From the IMG/VR virus record IMGVR_UViG_3300009285_001197, positions 1,316 to 65,315 of that record: a stretch of DNA of 64,000 bases. One strand, 5' to 3'. This stretch comes from a virus (lineage: Duplodnaviria; Caudoviricetes). Below are positions 9,724-19,787 of the stretch, in pieces (the first letter of the stretch is position 1; the number at the start of each line of letters is the position of its first letter). Under the pieces are notes generated by a model that searched no databases, was not told the origin of the DNA, and saw only the letters and a program-made list of their open reading frames with translations. A program made the translations under genes and the position numbers.

Positions 9724-11657
9724 CAAACGATGCTCACGTCCGGGTCGATGAAAATAACCTGCTGCACATTGGCTACGCTGGAGCCTATGTATACATTTGC
9801 AACCACCTCGCAACCAGAGGCCATGTCCTTACCGGCTGGCGTCGAGAATGTAAATTTATAGCGGTCGAAATTGATTGTGCCGCCATCGACGAATGTCACT
9901 TTTGTCCCGTTCCACGTTGACCATCCGGTATTGGTGGAGGCGGTCAGCGCTGAGGCTGTAACAGGGGCATGCGTTGTCAAATAGACTGGATTTCCAGAGG
10001 TATCGATATAGGACAGGGTTGCCCACAGATTCCCAGCGTTAAACGCTGTAACCGCGTCATTCAGGACATACTCCAGTGTTATTGCCCGCGCGCCGTTTGC
10101 GAGCGAGTTTATTTTAGACAGCCTCGGCGATTTGTGCGGTCTGCCGTCGGTGCATTGCCCAGGCACAATACTGGACAACATGCGCATAGACCATTTTTCG
10201 ATCCCATCCAGCAGTGTCGCGGCAAGGACCGGGAATCCCAGGCCAGGCGTCCAGTCGGTTCTGCCACGGATGGATTCAATTGAAAACATCCTGCTGGCCA
10301 ACTGCGAGAACACGGCGGCAGAGCGAAGCAATGTGGAGAAGGACGTATTCGTGTAGGTACAGGCGAATGGTCCTAGATTGGTGATATTTCCAAGATCGGC
10401 ATCAGTTACCAGAATGTTTGACGCGCCAATACCTGTTGTAGCCACAAACAATTTAGACCCGGCAAGAAATCCGGTCGCTTTAATGCCGCTTATTTCGATC
10501 TCTCCAGCTGACCCGCTGTATGCGCTTATTAAGCCTGAGTGTGGAGACACTGCTCCTGAATTGTCGATCTCTATATTTCTGAATGTTCGGGATGAATATG
10601 AGTCTGCATTCAGGAGTGGATACGCATAACTGCTTGTTACTATCCCAATATCAGCCACGGTCTGACCCGTACCTGTTGATGCGTTTGCGGTTATTGATAT
10701 GGTGGAATAGAACCCAGTATTCAGGACGTGCGATGCAAGCAACGTGCCGCTCAAACAGCTATTGTGACCTAGAGAGATCGAAAAATACGATGCAGAAGTT
10801 ACGGATGCAGTCGTGCATTTAAATTGTAGGCTGTAGGTTCCGCTGCTGTATTTTTTACCTACCACTCTTGTCGCAAGATGTGAGGATAAATTTATGATGA
10901 ATGATTGTGACGCCGTAGCTGGCCAATTTATCAGTAATACCGGATCAACCCCGTCTGCCCATATAGTCGAATCGTCAATAATGAAATATGTTGGCAACGC
11001 TACAGAACTGATGCTGGTTGGTGGATTTAGCGTATATGCAGCTGCTGTTGCGGTAATTGTTTTGTTCGCGCGGATGTATACCCGTGAGCCTGGAGAGATA
11101 AGCCCGGCGAACGGCTGCGCCGCGCACCACGCGCCATAACCGCCAATGGCGATGGCTGAAGGCCACATCGTCCCGACGTTGAACAGATACCCCCACGCGC
11201 CACCTGTTCCGCCAACAAAATTTATCGTTCCGGCACTGCTTACGTTGTTTAACGTGTGCGTGAATGCAACCAGCCCTGCATGCGCAGCAGCGGCCTGGCG
11301 CGTCATAACCTGGCAGGTTCCGGCAGGCGCACCGTTAGCAGGGCCGCGCGCGTACAGGTGATTGCGCACCTGTGATTTTGTCCCGAAACTGGATGGGCTG
11401 ACGGCAACAGTAGCGAGTGCGTTGATAGATGTTGCAAGGTTATTCGCACAGGTGTTCGCGTCTGTCGCCCATGTTGGACTGACCACCACGCCCATGACGT
11501 AAATTGTCCCGCTGGACGGCACGCCGGTAAATACCACCTCAGCGGTAGACGGTGTTGCAAGACCCGTCGCAGTTCCGTCTCCATCCTGAGCAGCGCCCCA
11601 TGTGGGCACCGCCGCATAGTCCGGGTATAGCCCATGATCTAGGTAGTAATCAGCCAC
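9723..11657 (-). CDS. Tail fibre/tailspike-like protein
   Basis: 644 aa, Ser/Thr/Gly-rich, beta-helix-like composition. Confidence 0.65.
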   Translation of the reverse strand: MADYYLDHGLYPDYAAVPTWGAAQDGDGTATGLATPSTAEVVFTGVPSSGTIYVMGVVVSPTWATDANTCANNLATSINALATVAVSPSSFGTKSQVRNHLYARGPANGAPAGTCQVMTRQAAAAHAGLVAFTHTLNNVSSAGTINFVGGTGGAWGYLFNVGTMWPSAIAIGGYGAWCAAQPFAGLISPGSRVYIRANKTITATAAAYTLNPPTSISSVALPTYFIIDDSTIWADGVDPVLLINWPATASQSFIINLSSHLATRVVGKKYSSGTYSLQFKCTTASVTSASYFSISLGHNSCLSGTLLASHVLNTGFYSTISITANASTGTGQTVADIGIVTSSYAYPLLNADSYSSRTFRNIEIDNSGAVSPHSGLISAYSGSAGEIEISGIKATGFLAGSKLFVATTGIGASNILVTDADLGNITNLGPFACTYTNTSFSTLLRSAAVFSQLASRMFSIESIRGRTDWTPGLGFPVLAATLLDGIEKWSMRMLSSIVPGQCTDGRPHKSPRLSKINSLANGARAITLEYVLNDAVTAFNAGNLWATLSYIDTSGNPVYLTTHAPVTASALTASTNTGWSTWNGTKVTFVDGGTINFDRYKFTFSTPAGKDMASGCEVVANVYIGSSVANVQQVIFIDPDVSIV

Positions 11658-12066
11658 GTTTCACCGCCTCTGTTTCTTCTGCTGTCATGATGCCGAGCGC
11701 CATATAGGTATCCAGCATGGCAATGGTGTCAGGATCGTCCAGATTGACCTCTGACGCCGCCTTGTAATCCTCCAGCCCTGAGCGGATGGCTCGCTTCTGA
11801 TCATCTGTCAGATACGGGTGCGTCTCGAACGTGGCGTTGAACTCGTCCACGAATGGGCGCTTCACGGATGGGAAAAGGCGGCGAAACTCCAGCTTTTGCA
11901 GGTTGCGTCTGCCACCGTAAACGACCGTAGCGGCAACCTCCTGCTGGACTTCCTCAATGTGATCGTGCGTAGCGAACTCCATCCCTGACCACTCTATCGG
12001 GCCGGGCGCGCTGTACTGGTATACCTCTGCTCCAGTCGCCTTGTCGGACACCTTGTAAACAGCCAT
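11650..12066 (-). CDS. Hypothetical protein (tail fibre assembly-like)
   Basis: KLEFRRLF...VNLDDPDTIAML...GIMT pattern seen in fibre-associated small proteins; coupled to neighbours. Confidence 0.55.
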   Translation of the reverse strand: MAVYKVSDKATGAEVYQYSAPGPIEWSGMEFATHDHIEEVQQEVAATVVYGGRRNLQKLEFRRLFPSVKRPFVDEFNATFETHPYLTDDQKRAIRSGLEDYKAASEVNLDDPDTIAMLDTYMALGIMTAEETEAVKRG

Positions 12067-12281
12067 TATTTTCCACCCCCGAAATTCTGCCGCCCGCGCA
12101 CTTCAGCCCAGTACGATTCCTCGCAGTGCTTTGGGTCGCTGAACAGCCAGTTAATCGCGCGCTGCGACTCCCATCCTTCGCGGTAGGCCCGTGACGAAAT
12201 GGTCTCATCCGCATACGCGCCGGGTATAAACGCGCCGACGAACTGGTCGAACGCGATCAGGATTGTCTTGACGTAGCTCAC
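12066..12281 (-). CDS. Conserved small phage protein
   Basis: IAFDQF...ADETISSRAYR...INWLFSDPKHCEESY, a common phage motif. Confidence 0.65.
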   Translation of the reverse strand: MSYVKTILIAFDQFVGAFIPGAYADETISSRAYREGWESQRAINWLFSDPKHCEESYWAEVRGRQNFGGGK

Positions 12282-12375
12282 GTCACCGCCCTGTAAGCCA
12301 GCACGCAGACAGCAATAATCGCTACCCAGTAGAGCGTCCAGAATGCGGCCAGGTGGATTTGATCGCGGGTCATAG

Positions 12376-12729
12376 TCATACGCCTATGCTGATGCGCAAT
12401 CCGAGCATGAAGATGATTGCCGTGGCCACAGCCGCGCTGCCGACCAGCAAAGCGCCGAGATTTTTCATGACGAAGCTGAATCCCTTGACATTCTGGTACA
12501 GGGTGATGACCTCGGCCAGCTGGGTGGTGTTGCCTGCGATGACATCGAGGGCGCGCGAGATGTCTGTCACCGCGACGGTCAAGGTCTTGATGTCGCCATC
12601 AATGCGCATCAGGTCGCCGCGCATGGCGTTGAACTGCTTGGCCAGGCCGTCGATCTGCTGGTCCTTCTCGCGCGAGCAGGATTCAAGGTCGCGTCTGAGC
12701 TGTAAAGCTTCTGGGCAGGCTTGGATCAT
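12376..12729 (-). CDS. Coiled-coil protein with C-terminal TM helix
   Basis: 117 aa with a hydrophobic C-terminus; ATGA overlap with the upstream gene. Confidence 0.6.
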   Translation of the reverse strand: MIQACPEALQLRRDLESCSREKDQQIDGLAKQFNAMRGDLMRIDGDIKTLTVAVTDISRALDVIAGNTTQLAEVITLYQNVKGFSFVMKNLGALLVGSAAVATAIIFMLGLRISIGV

Positions 12730-13322
12730 CGTGTAACTTCCTTGTCCAGGGTTAATTTTCCGTTCATGATCTCAGTCACAATGCCTCCACTCGACACCAT
12801 CTCAAGCGAGTACACGGCAGATTTGAAGGTAAGCTGCGTGGTCTGGGCAGCGGTGAGGGTAACGGTGATGGTCTTGGCTACGTTGTCTACTGTGATGCCT
12901 GCTGCGGGGCTTGATGTCAGTTCCAGTATGTTCGTCGCGTCGGCCAGCTTGGCCTTGATCTGCATACGCGCCGTGTAGCCAGTGAGGTCGATTGGCTGGT
13001 TGTAAGCAACGACGCCACCTGAAGTGTAGGTGCCGTATTCGAGCGCATTCACGTCGTTCAGCTCGATGGTGTTAGCATCAACAACGGTGGCTTTGTGGTA
13101 GTCAGTTTGTTTTGGAGGGGTGTTCTGTGCGTTGATCTGCTTCATGCCCTGCGCAGACTGGATATTTACTCTCCAGCCGTCAGGGACGCCGTGGGATGTG
13201 GACGTGATGCGAACCGGGGCAGACTTCGTGATAGCAGTGATCGGCTTGTAAACAACTGTAGGCGACTCCCACCTGAGTACGCGAGAGAAGGTGCTGCCCT
13301 GCTTGATAGTGAAATCAGTCAC
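12726..13322 (-). CDS. Virion protein with FCCH-like and BppU-like segments
   Basis: ITAITKSAPVRITSTSHG...YTSGG insert within TIKQGSTF...PIDLTGYTARMQIK...VYSLEMVSSGG. Confidence 0.6.
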   Translation of the reverse strand: MTDFTIKQGSTFSRVLRWESPTVVYKPITAITKSAPVRITSTSHGVPDGWRVNIQSAQGMKQINAQNTPPKQTDYHKATVVDANTIELNDVNALEYGTYTSGGVVAYNQPIDLTGYTARMQIKAKLADATNILELTSSPAAGITVDNVAKTITVTLTAAQTTQLTFKSAVYSLEMVSSGGIVTEIMNGKLTLDKEVTR

Positions 13323-14003
13323 TTACAGCCCCCCATAGGCGACCGCACGGGTCTTGTGTTTCTTGCGTTCCATTTCGGCCCTAGCCTCACCACAGTAATT
13401 GCGAAATGCCTCTTCGTTTTCCTGTGCCACTTTGCGGTTGAATGCCTCAGCATCCTGCTTGTTGTAAGCAAGGTGCTTCATCCACTTTAAAAGGTGCCAG
13501 TGGTGTTCCTCATTGACATCTGCTAACTCCTGACCTGCGTCAGTGATCTTCGAGAGAGGAAGGCGGTAAATAACAAGGTTGGCTATGTCGTCAGCTTCTG
13601 GCACCTGTATCCACTGACAGATATGCTGCTGGGTGCCTATCAGCATGTATCTGACCGGCCCTGGAGTAGTGTCGAGCCACATAGGCCTGATAAAACCGTA
13701 GTCATTTTCACGCAGCATGGGGAGATCGGTAGAATTTATGACATTGATCTCCCGCCCGTCCGATGCACGGTAAGCCTGCATGATGCGAAGAATTGAGCGA
13801 TCCAGCGGGGATGTCTTCTCCCCCGCCGTGATCGGGACTACGGTTGCATCTGATGTGAAGTCGGGTATGCCGCCCGTGAGCCGCACGAACATGAAGTACG
13901 CATCATTCATGTACCGCCAGACTTCGTCGTCAGACCACAGATATGGTCGGGCGAAGTCAACGAGGTCTGATCTGAAGCTGTCGTACAGCTCTGAAGAGTT
14001 CAT
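13323..14003 (-). CDS. Head-tail adaptor-like protein
   Basis: FRSDLVD..PYLWSDDEVWRYMNDA...HLAYNKQDAE; position downstream of the capsid genes. Confidence 0.65.
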   Translation of the reverse strand: MNSSELYDSFRSDLVDFARPYLWSDDEVWRYMNDAYFMFVRLTGGIPDFTSDATVVPITAGEKTSPLDRSILRIMQAYRASDGREINVINSTDLPMLRENDYGFIRPMWLDTTPGPVRYMLIGTQQHICQWIQVPEADDIANLVIYRLPLSKITDAGQELADVNEEHHWHLLKWMKHLAYNKQDAEAFNRKVAQENEEAFRNYCGEARAEMERKKHKTRAVAYGGL

Positions 14004-14381
14004 TTAAGAATTCTTCTCGGCTACATAGGTCACCCACAAAGGCTCAAATTCCTTCTTGTCAGTATCAAACTCAACGATCTTGACCAGAGCTGCCTTGCTA
14101 GGGATGCCATTACCTGTGAAATCTTTTGGCTCGTTACGCTCTTCCAGCATCTGGAAGGCTGCTACCAGAGCTTCTCTACGCTCATCAGCTGTCAGCGGGA
14201 CAAAGGGGGTTGCTTCGGGGTCAAGAATATCCAGCTTTTCGTCGATGCACTCTGCACCAATCAACTGAGCCTCCTTGGCGCAAACAGGTGGCACGTGGAC
14301 TGGCTCACCCTTCACGAAGCTGATGATGTGACCATTAAGCGAGCGCAGGACATAGTTCCTGTTCAGCACGAATTGTGGCAT
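14004..14381 (-). CDS. Hypothetical head-associated protein
   Basis: AGGAG RBS before MPQFVLNR; DFTGNGIP motif. Confidence 0.6.
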   Translation of the reverse strand: MPQFVLNRNYVLRSLNGHIISFVKGEPVHVPPVCAKEAQLIGAECIDEKLDILDPEATPFVPLTADERREALVAAFQMLEERNEPKDFTGNGIPSKAALVKIVEFDTDKKEFEPLWVTYVAEKNS

Positions 14382-14449
14382 TTCTGACTCTCCTTGGTTA
14401 AAAAAGGTGATGTTCACCTGTCAGAGGTGGACACCACCAAGCCTCACAA

Positions 14450-14884
14450 TTAAGCCACGTCCTGACCACGACCTTCGATGGTGTACTGAATACGCACACG
14501 GACCTTGCCTGCTGTTGCATCCGCAACAGTCAGCGCCAGTGTGCCAATCACATCCAGACCGCCTGTCGTGGCGGCAGGAATGGTCAGGGCAGTGCGGGCA
14601 TTGGCCATGATGTTTACTGCTGAGGCGTACTTTGTGGCAGAACCAGAGTCACCCACGGACAGAGTGGCTACCGTGGTGCCTGTGTAAGCAGTTTCAACAA
14701 TGAGGTCTCCGCCCAGTACAACCGAACCAACTGGCAGGCTGAACATGTCGAAAACAGGGTTGCCACCAAAGGTTTTGAAGTTCTTGGTGACACCATTGAC
14801 GTCGACAACCGTGTCACCGAAGCTAAACACATATTCCTGCACCAGTGGGTACTGTGCAGCGCGGGATTTTTTGAGAAGTGCCAT
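14450..14884 (-). CDS. Capsid decoration/cement-like protein
   Basis: 144 aa, beta-rich, LPVGSVV..SVGDSGSATKY; directly after the MCP. Confidence 0.6.
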   Translation of the reverse strand: MALLKKSRAAQYPLVQEYVFSFGDTVVDVNGVTKNFKTFGGNPVFDMFSLPVGSVVLGGDLIVETAYTGTTVATLSVGDSGSATKYASAVNIMANARTALTIPAATTGGLDVIGTLALTVADATAGKVRVRIQYTIEGRGQDVA

Positions 14885-14908
14885 GGTATGAATCTCCTAA
14901 GTGGTGGT

Positions 14909-14928
14909 CCCAGCCCTCGCGGGCTGGG
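14909..14928 (-). terminator. Hairpin after the major capsid gene
   Basis: CCCAGCCC-TCGC-GGGCTGGG, an 8-bp stem just downstream of the MCP stop. Confidence 0.5.
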
Positions 14929-14934
14929 GTACTA

Positions 14935-16062
14935 TTACTGAGCGGTGTAGAGGGAGATGACGCCGAAGTCTTCGGTCGTGCCACCGCTATACTGGGTGTA
15001 GAACTGAGGCTTCTTAAAGCCGAGAATCTTGCCGGTGCTGATGCCCTGCTGGTTCTCGTAGTCGAAGCCTTTCTCCACCCACTCAGGGTTGCCAATGTCG
15101 GCCATGCCCATCGCCTGTGCGCCGCAGAACAGAATCTGGCAACCGTCAACCGTACCTGATGCACCGTACTTGCTACCAGAAGCAGCCAGGCGGGTGTTGG
15201 GCACATGGCGGAACTCATGCAGGTACAGGCCATCAACTTTCACAGTGGAGCCGGTGAACATTTCGTTGTCACCGCCACGGGTCTGGGCGTACCGCAGATT
15301 GGCCATGTAGGTGGGGTCCAACTTCAGACGGGCCATGGCTTGCGGTGACAGGAAGACGTGGTAGGTTTCCTCGCCGCCCTTGCTCTTCATGCCACGGATA
15401 TAGTTGTCCTTGGCGTAAGCCTTGGCCTGAACCAGCATCTCCCAGCAAGGGAAGTCAGCAGTACCGACGGCACCGCCCACAATAGCGCTAGTACCAGTGC
15501 CCCAAACGATGGATTTAGTACCTTCGTCCCACTGGCCAAAACGCTTGGCAGAGGGGGCCGTCACGTCGGCTGCGAACTCCAGGTTGGTCAGGTCGGAACC
15601 TACGCGCGTGCCACCAGAGTTCTTGTTGGCGTAGCTGATACCTGCCAGGGTCAGGAAGGCCAGCTGGTCGATACGGTCAGACAGCCAGTAGGCCAGCTTG
15701 TCGCGGGACTCTTCGCGGAAGGAAACGATGGACTTCTGGTCTGCCATGCGACCTTCGTGGCGGTTGGCATGACGCAACTGATCGATGCGAATCACCTGGT
15801 CATAAGACTTCATCGCCTCTTCGTTACCTTCCAGGGTGCGATCCCCGGCGATACCGTCACCTTCGAGATCAGCCAGCAAGGTGATAACAGCTCGTGCGCC
15901 TTTCTCAGACTTCTTCAGCTCAGTGATGTGCTGAACCATTGAGTTGGCGTCTTTACCAAGGAAGGAATTGATGAAGGACATGTTGCGGGCTTGCGACCAC
16001 AACTCTTTCGACCACGTGGTTTTTTGTTCAGTGGTCAGTTGGGCGAAATTGGTATAGCTCAT
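14935..16062 (-). CDS. Major capsid protein (N4-gp56/DUF4043-like)
   Basis: ELKKSEKGARAVITLLADLEGDGIAGDRTLEGNEE...IRIDQLRHA...FGVISLYTA; follows portal and scaffold. Confidence 0.88.
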   Translation of the reverse strand: MSYTNFAQLTTEQKTTWSKELWSQARNMSFINSFLGKDANSMVQHITELKKSEKGARAVITLLADLEGDGIAGDRTLEGNEEAMKSYDQVIRIDQLRHANRHEGRMADQKSIVSFREESRDKLAYWLSDRIDQLAFLTLAGISYANKNSGGTRVGSDLTNLEFAADVTAPSAKRFGQWDEGTKSIVWGTGTSAIVGGAVGTADFPCWEMLVQAKAYAKDNYIRGMKSKGGEETYHVFLSPQAMARLKLDPTYMANLRYAQTRGGDNEMFTGSTVKVDGLYLHEFRHVPNTRLAASGSKYGASGTVDGCQILFCGAQAMGMADIGNPEWVEKGFDYENQQGISTGKILGFKKPQFYTQYSGGTTEDFGVISLYTAQ

Positions 16063-16300
16063 AGTTCGTACTCCAGTAGATAGTCGTTAAAGTTCGCTGT
16101 TGCTCTGATACGCTCTCGCGGTATCTACGTCTGCCTGTGTCGCTGGCAAAGTGCGAATTAACGACCTTTAACGGAGTCGAACCGGCTGGAATGTCGCATC
16201 CAGCTGAGCGAGGTGCTGCTAAAAGACCGCCCAGGGTGCGCTTTGTGTAGAGGCGTGGGCGGTGTATTGCGTGTGACTCTAACAGATTACATCAGAGAGT

Positions 16301-17188
16301 TCAAACAAAATCTCCGCGCATCTTGGCTTTTGTTGACTCTGGCAGGGCGTTGAACTCTTCAAAGGTCATGTCTTCCGCACTAGGTGTTGGTGCGTTCTGA
16401 CCGGCCTTGTCACTATCCATCCCCACATCTTTCAGGCTGCCTGGCTGACGCTTGGAGGCATCCACGTTCTTAGCCACAGCTGAGCCCTTACGGTCAACAC
16501 CGCCCTGGGCCGCAGCTAGACCTGCTTTCTCAGGCGCATCACCCTTCGTGGTAGTGCGTTTCATAATCGACTCTACGGCCTTGGCCAACGCCTTTGATGG
16601 CGACAGGCGCTCGCGCTGCATCAGACCTGCCTGCTTGTCGAGGATATCATCAACGAGTTCCTGACTAAATTCTTCGTTCTCTGAATTCAGCACAGGGTAC
16701 TTCTCCTCCATGCGCTCGATGGTCAGCTCCATACGCATGTCTTCCAGCGCCTGGGCCTTATCCTGGGAGGACATGTGGCCTGCTTCTGCGATGGCGATGC
16801 GGCGGTTCAACAGGTCTGCCTGACGGGAAAGTTCTGCAGCCTTGTCCTCATTGCCGTCCAGCAGTGCAGCCCGCTCCTGCTTGCGGAGCTCGACCACGTC
16901 TTCTTCAAGCTTCCCCACGTCCGCGCTGCGATTCAGACTGGCCTGGTGCTGCTCGATCTCTGCCAGACGGCGCTCTGCGGCTTCCGCACGAGAACGCTCC
17001 TTGCTGACTTGTTCATCAAACCTGTGTTTGGGAATGAACTTGCCGTCGTCGCCGCGCGGCTGCTCTTCGGTTTTTACCTCGTCCTTGAGAGCTTCTTCAC
17101 CCTTTGACTCCTCGATGAGGGGATCAGGCTTGATGTCTTCTGTGGGCTCGAAAGTGTCTCCCCTGTCGATAACGTCCTGCTCACTCAT
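16301..17188 (-). CDS. Capsid scaffolding protein
   Basis: Acidic coiled coil with IPKHRFDE and MTFEEFNALPES..KMRGD; between portal and MCP. Confidence 0.78.
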   Translation of the reverse strand: MSEQDVIDRGDTFEPTEDIKPDPLIEESKGEEALKDEVKTEEQPRGDDGKFIPKHRFDEQVSKERSRAEAAERRLAEIEQHQASLNRSADVGKLEEDVVELRKQERAALLDGNEDKAAELSRQADLLNRRIAIAEAGHMSSQDKAQALEDMRMELTIERMEEKYPVLNSENEEFSQELVDDILDKQAGLMQRERLSPSKALAKAVESIMKRTTTKGDAPEKAGLAAAQGGVDRKGSAVAKNVDASKRQPGSLKDVGMDSDKAGQNAPTPSAEDMTFEEFNALPESTKAKMRGDFV

Positions 17189-19332
17189 TCTGAATCTCCT
17201 TGTGGTTGTGAGGATTGAGCGAAGGCTGCCGCCCTGCGCTCTTGTGCGGCTTGTACCGCTTCTTGTTCACGCATCGCCTTGTCGTGCTCATGCGCGTCTT
17301 GTTTCAGAGCGAATTCTCGCTCCTTCAAACTCTTTTCATGCTCATGCTTGTCCTGCTGTAGCGCGAACTCACGTTCTTGCTGCTCCCTTGCAGCATCAGG
17401 GTCTTCCCCGCCATCCTGTGCGCTTTGTGCGGCGATACCGACCTTTGCGGCGTCCACCTCGATCAACGCCAGCTCCCGCTCAGTCTTGGCAGCCTTGAGC
17501 CTGGCGTCAGCATTTTTGACGATAGCTTCGGCCTCCATGGTGCTGACCTCGGCCTCGTGCATACGATCTTCCAGCGCCTTCTTGCGCTGAGCTTCCGGGG
17601 AGTCCACATCTCCTTGCATCTGCTTCAGGACCTCGGCCTTGCGCATTAGCCTGCTGGCCTCGATGATGACGCTGTCAGGTATCTGCACACCCTGCTCACG
17701 CATTGCCATAACCTGGTCGAACTGTGAGTCTTCCAGGCTGGCACGGTAGGGCTGCGAGCTGATGATGATGCTGTATTCGCCGATGGTGAGGTCGTTGGTA
17801 ATCTCGCCTGTAGTCGGGTCAGTCTGGTTCACCGTCAGCGTCTCGGGTTCCTTCAGGATATCGTCGTGCGTGATATTAACCAGGCGCTCCTCGGTGTAAT
17901 ACTCCTGCACGATGTCCAGCACGTTCCTGGCCAGGATGAAGTCGCTGCGTTCGAGATTGTCCATGACCTTTGTCATGTTCATGGAACCACGCTGGCTGTT
18001 GGTCTGGATGGCCTTCGCTGCCACATCTTCCCGGCTGAAGCCCTGCATGGCGTCGTTGACGTTGCTGATACCCTTGATGTGCTCCTCGGCCTTATAGCTC
18101 AGGCGGTCGAGACCCTGTGGCGTGGCGTTCGGGGTGATCTTCTCGGCGCTGTTGATGTCGTCAAGTTCCAGCACCAGCCCCGTGGTAGCCCCTTTCGTTT
18201 CAAGCTCCTCGACGGACATGTTCTTGAGGGAACCTGCCTTGAGTTTCCAGCCGCTGTTGGCGGTAGTGTTGACCACATGCAGTTCCTGGCTGGAGACCTT
18301 GTTCAACATCTCCTGCGGCCCAATCAGGTTCTCAACGATGCCGACGGTGCGTCCATATCGGAAGTATGGGAAGTAGGGCACCACGGTGAAGTGCTTGTAG
18401 GGGCTCCAGTCATCATGCAGCACCACACTGTCTGCCGTCACTGTCCAGCGCACACGCTTGACCAGCTTCTTGGTGGTGGACAGCTGGCCTTGTGACTTCT
18501 CAAGTACACTGGCGATCTTGTTCCTATCCCAGCTTTCTGGGATAGGACGCATGTCCCCCGTCTTGATGTCTACAAAGTGCAGTTGTTTATCCAGACGTCG
18601 ATACTGACGGTCGAGTACGCGAACATTTCGTCTGACACCGTGAGGCTCAATGACCCCGTAGTAGCCTGCGAGAGGGAGCACTCCGCCGAAGCGATCCCGC
18701 ACTCGCTCAATGGAGTCATAGCCGTAGGGGAAGGCACTTCCATCCTTATCCTTGAGGTATTCACCATCGTCCTCCGAGTAGATCACCGAGATGTCCTGGG
18801 GTGTCATCCACTTCGTGATGAACACATCGTTCCAGCTGTCGGAGTCGTACTCCTCTGCGTCGGGGTCTATGACCACGTTCTTGCTGTTCAGGTTGTCAAT
18901 CCTGACCTCACCCTGCATGCTGTCAGTGAAGTCCAGACGAACGTCGAGGAAGCCTCTCGAGCGGATTGCCCCGTCTGCGAACAGCTCTGAGCGTCGCCAT
19001 GGGAGCTGGTTGTTGTGTGCAATCTGCATCCAGACCTTGGTGAGCGCCTCTGCTGTTTCCGGGCTTGCCCCCGCAGCTGGACGAAACAGGATTTCCGAGC
19101 GGTTGTAAATCTGCTCCCCCATGACTGTACCGAGGGTGCTGATGATCTTGTTGATCGTGAGGGCGGGTCTGCGTGCGATAGTCAGCGCGTTGAGGTCGGT
19201 AACTTCCCACTGCTCACCAACGAAGAACTTGTCACATTTGTCCGCTTTCTGGATGAAGTCAAGGTGACCGCGATCTCTGCAATACTGAAAGCGAACCCAC
19301 TGTTCCTGGGCGATAGCGTCATTAACTGGCAT
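17185..19332 (-). CDS. Portal protein (P22-like)
   Basis: 715 aa; FFVGEQW, RPALTINKI, GIVENLIGPQEMLNK motifs and a C-terminal coiled coil. Confidence 0.88.
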   Translation of the reverse strand: MPVNDAIAQEQWVRFQYCRDRGHLDFIQKADKCDKFFVGEQWEVTDLNALTIARRPALTINKIISTLGTVMGEQIYNRSEILFRPAAGASPETAEALTKVWMQIAHNNQLPWRRSELFADGAIRSRGFLDVRLDFTDSMQGEVRIDNLNSKNVVIDPDAEEYDSDSWNDVFITKWMTPQDISVIYSEDDGEYLKDKDGSAFPYGYDSIERVRDRFGGVLPLAGYYGVIEPHGVRRNVRVLDRQYRRLDKQLHFVDIKTGDMRPIPESWDRNKIASVLEKSQGQLSTTKKLVKRVRWTVTADSVVLHDDWSPYKHFTVVPYFPYFRYGRTVGIVENLIGPQEMLNKVSSQELHVVNTTANSGWKLKAGSLKNMSVEELETKGATTGLVLELDDINSAEKITPNATPQGLDRLSYKAEEHIKGISNVNDAMQGFSREDVAAKAIQTNSQRGSMNMTKVMDNLERSDFILARNVLDIVQEYYTEERLVNITHDDILKEPETLTVNQTDPTTGEITNDLTIGEYSIIISSQPYRASLEDSQFDQVMAMREQGVQIPDSVIIEASRLMRKAEVLKQMQGDVDSPEAQRKKALEDRMHEAEVSTMEAEAIVKNADARLKAAKTERELALIEVDAAKVGIAAQSAQDGGEDPDAAREQQEREFALQQDKHEHEKSLKEREFALKQDAHEHDKAMREQEAVQAAQERRAAAFAQSSQPQGDSE

Positions 19333-19567
19333 ACGCCTCCCTCAATGCGGCTGCCAACTTTTCAAGACTGTCAGCAACCTCATAGGCATTGGCGTTTCTA
19401 CCCCAACTGCAAGCTCTATATTTTTCTGCGTCTGAGTGACATGGGCCGTCGGCAGAGCTTGGTATGACGGCAAACCCAACCTGTTGCCCATAGTCAAATA
19501 CGTCAAGGATGAAGGTTAGGTTCCCACCCTCTATTCGACCTGAAATAATACTAGGTTTATTTAGCAT
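19322..19567 (-). CDS. Hypothetical protein
   Basis: 81-aa ORF overlapping neighbours between TerL and portal. Confidence 0.5.
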   Translation of the reverse strand: MLNKPSIISGRIEGGNLTFILDVFDYGQQVGFAVIPSSADGPCHSDAEKYRACSWGRNANAYEVADSLEKLAAALREAYAS

Positions 19568-19787
19568 GCAGGATCACCGTTTGTGGTTCGCGGGCTTCGC
19601 GTAACCCCTGATAGAGGGTTTGAAGAAATTCCTCGGTCTGTTCGTCGAGCTTGCTGCGAATCCAGGCCCAACTTTCACTGTGCTGTGTACCAGTGTAACG
19701 GGCCAGACCTGCTTTCTGTGCCTGCACTGCGATTTCTATGGTGGGGAAGTCCGCACCAACAATGGCGTCAATCAATAGCTGTTTCAT
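19557..19787 (-). CDS. Hypothetical protein
   Basis: 76-aa ORF with ATGA coupling. Confidence 0.55.
   Translation of the reverse strand: MKQLLIDAIVGADFPTIEIAVQAQKAGLARYTGTQHSESWAWIRSKLDEQTEEFLQTLYQGLREAREPQTVILHAK

Noticed and set aside
680-11657. Diversity-generating retroelement acting on tail fibres
   Set aside because: No reverse transcriptase in the window, and I saw no TR/VR repeat pair.
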